A DNA stretch of 64,000 nucleotides, taken from assembly GCA_965153455.1 (NCBI GenBank), contig OZ234493.1, positions 27,890,213-27,954,212 on the forward strand, in the 5' to 3' direction. The notes below the pieces were generated by a model that did not search any database, had not been told where the DNA came from, and saw nothing but the letters and a program-made list of their open reading frames with translations. Position 1 is the first letter of the stretch, and each line of letters opens with the position of its first letter. Below, in pieces: positions 63,111-64,000 of this stretch. This stretch comes from Sphagnum compactum. Lineage: Eukaryota. The position numbers and the translations under genes are program-made.

Positions 63111-64000
63111 TCCCACCCCTAAAAACCAAGGTGACAATCTTTTGTTTGGTTCAGATGCATTAAAATGACAAAATTCCTTTGCTGCAGGGAATTTACATGC
63201 AATCTCCCCTACACCAGGGAAATTAGGAGAGATTCATGGGAGCAGAAAATTACACTTGGGGAGATCCTCCAAGTTACACTTTGTTTTTTTACCTGGGGTT
63301 TTTACAAGGTAAGGGTCTCATCCAGGGCCTTATTGTCATACCCAGATTCACCTCAGCGCCCTTGTGCTCTTGTCTCCGTTCATGCTCTTCATTAAACATA
63401 TAAATTACCTGCACATGGCAACCACGCGCTGGTAAATTTCTGCATTCAGTCCCAGTCTTGTAGTCTTGAGCTAACCTTGACCCCTAGATGGGTGGGACTG
63501 AACTCATTGAGGACTTCCCAAGTGATACAAAGCCTTGTCGCCCGGGATTACCATTTTTCATCTCTCGGCCTAATTGTAGACTTGTGTCTAGTTCAAGGAC
63601 TTAGTGCGTTGAGGCCGTCTCCTAAGGCCCCTTCCTTAAACCCTCATTCACTGGCACCTATGCAGCTCATGAGTGCTATCAAACATGGAGTTGAACCCAG
63701 CCCAACACTTAGATTCACAACTCAAACTACCACAAGGGTCGCCATGCGGTGGTCTAGACTTGGGCCCCGATTAGGTGAATCCTCCACGCTTGAAGGTTTG
63801 ACTAAAAGGGCATGTCACTCTCCCCCACTTTAGAAATGTCAACATCCTCATTGACGTTACTTAGGGGTGATTGCCCTTGGGCATTTCTGCCACCTCTCTA
63901 CCCTTGATCCCATGGTGGGGTTAGTTATTTCCTAATAAAAAAAGACCGTTCACAATGTGTCTTTGTGTTCTTAGTGTAGGAGGTATTATTGAATGTGTCT

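Noticed and set aside
63470-63840. 118-aa ORF and a reverse B-box-like GGTTCAACTCC near 63685
   Set aside because: The ORF has a non-ATG start and no motif. The B box has no convincing A box or cloverleaf.

Overview
Eukaryotic land-plant nuclear DNA with GT-AG introns. A moss, probably Sphagnum-like, is inferred from the PPR repeat style and the repeat landscape. A gene island at about 25-42 kb is flanked by AT-rich, decayed transposon DNA (about 1-25 kb and 42-57 kb). Three intact spliced genes were reconstructed by hand: an 11-exon Y-family DNA polymerase (+, 28695-33247, about 676 aa), a 5-exon MPB2C-like coiled-coil protein (+, 34377-37197) and a 5-exon OEP16 plastid pore (-, 40199-41263). 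The polymerase has Pol iota catalytic signatures but a Pol eta-like UBZ3/NLS/PIP tail. Pseudogenes include a PLS-class PPR relic head-to-head with the polymerase, an FCP1/NIF-like relic and a disabled copy of a conserved acidic/basic plant protein. Mobile DNA includes several CACTA termini, a CACTA ORF2 relic, one clear and one probable non-autonomous Helitron, and two inverted copies of a 2 kb RING-finger cassette that bracket the gene island. The iota-like polymerase and the RING cassette are the most notable items. All calls come from manual reading and recalled family motifs; no searches were run.
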